Shown here: one piece after another, positions 63,813-64,000 of the stretch
How the letters are laid out: each line of letters begins with the position of its first letter
Position numbering within the stretch: position 1 is the first letter of the stretch
Assembly (NCBI GenBank): GCA_021613535.1
Contig: CP075494.1
Coordinates: 1,798,001 to 1,862,000, forward strand
Direction: 5' to 3'
From: Adineta vaga
Taxonomy: Eukaryota > Animalia > Rotifera
DNA length: 64,000 bases
Made by a program: the position numbers and the translations under genes
The notes under the pieces: generated by a model
What the model was told of the DNA's origin: nothing
Database searches by the model: none
The model's input: only the letters and a program-made list of their open reading frames with translations

Positions 63813-64000
63813 GTAATGTCTATTTAAATTCGGTCTTTAGAAACATTGCCTTATCAGAGTGCGGGTGGGCATGAGTCGATGTTAAAGAAATCTACGCCCA
63901 CCCTTTAACTAAAGGCACTACTATAGAAAGAAAGTTCATGGTAAATTCTCCTTTTTTCTGTGGAGCTTTTTCAAGCATATAACTTTGTCACGATATGAAT

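Overview
AT-rich animal genomic DNA with short (about 50-60 nt) GT-AG introns, almost certainly a bdelloid rotifer. The grounds are TGTGGG/TGAGGG telomere-type repeats, Athena/Terminon-like hammerhead ends, a Hebe-like LINE, expanded ART-TPR and LDLa-GPCR families, and a fungal-type foreign gene. The window is a gene-plus-TE-rich, heavily rearranged region. Apparently intact genes: a UGT, a CYP7-clan P450, a small 7TM GPCR, an LRR-TM receptor, a GC-rich intronless fungal-type GST, a Ly6-like secreted protein, a 1703-aa LDLa/EGF GPCR and a Kelch propeller. Broken genes: SLC5, a Ly6-like gene, three ADP-ribosyltransferase loci and a perforin-2/MPEG1-like gene. Mobile elements: hAT, a piggyBac end, a full-length Jockey-type LINE, mariner, several MITEs and a tRNA-like element. 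The most striking unexplained structure is more than a dozen short interstitial telomeric tracts. Where both halves are present they are always G-rich then C-rich (telomere-fusion orientation). They share a conserved outer ATCTTGAGGG boundary and often sit at gene or TE breakpoints. Three are joined to minimal hammerhead-ribozyme retroelement ends. This suggests a telomerase/Athena-assisted double-strand-break healing and rejoining process, and it predicts the telomerase RNA template sequence.
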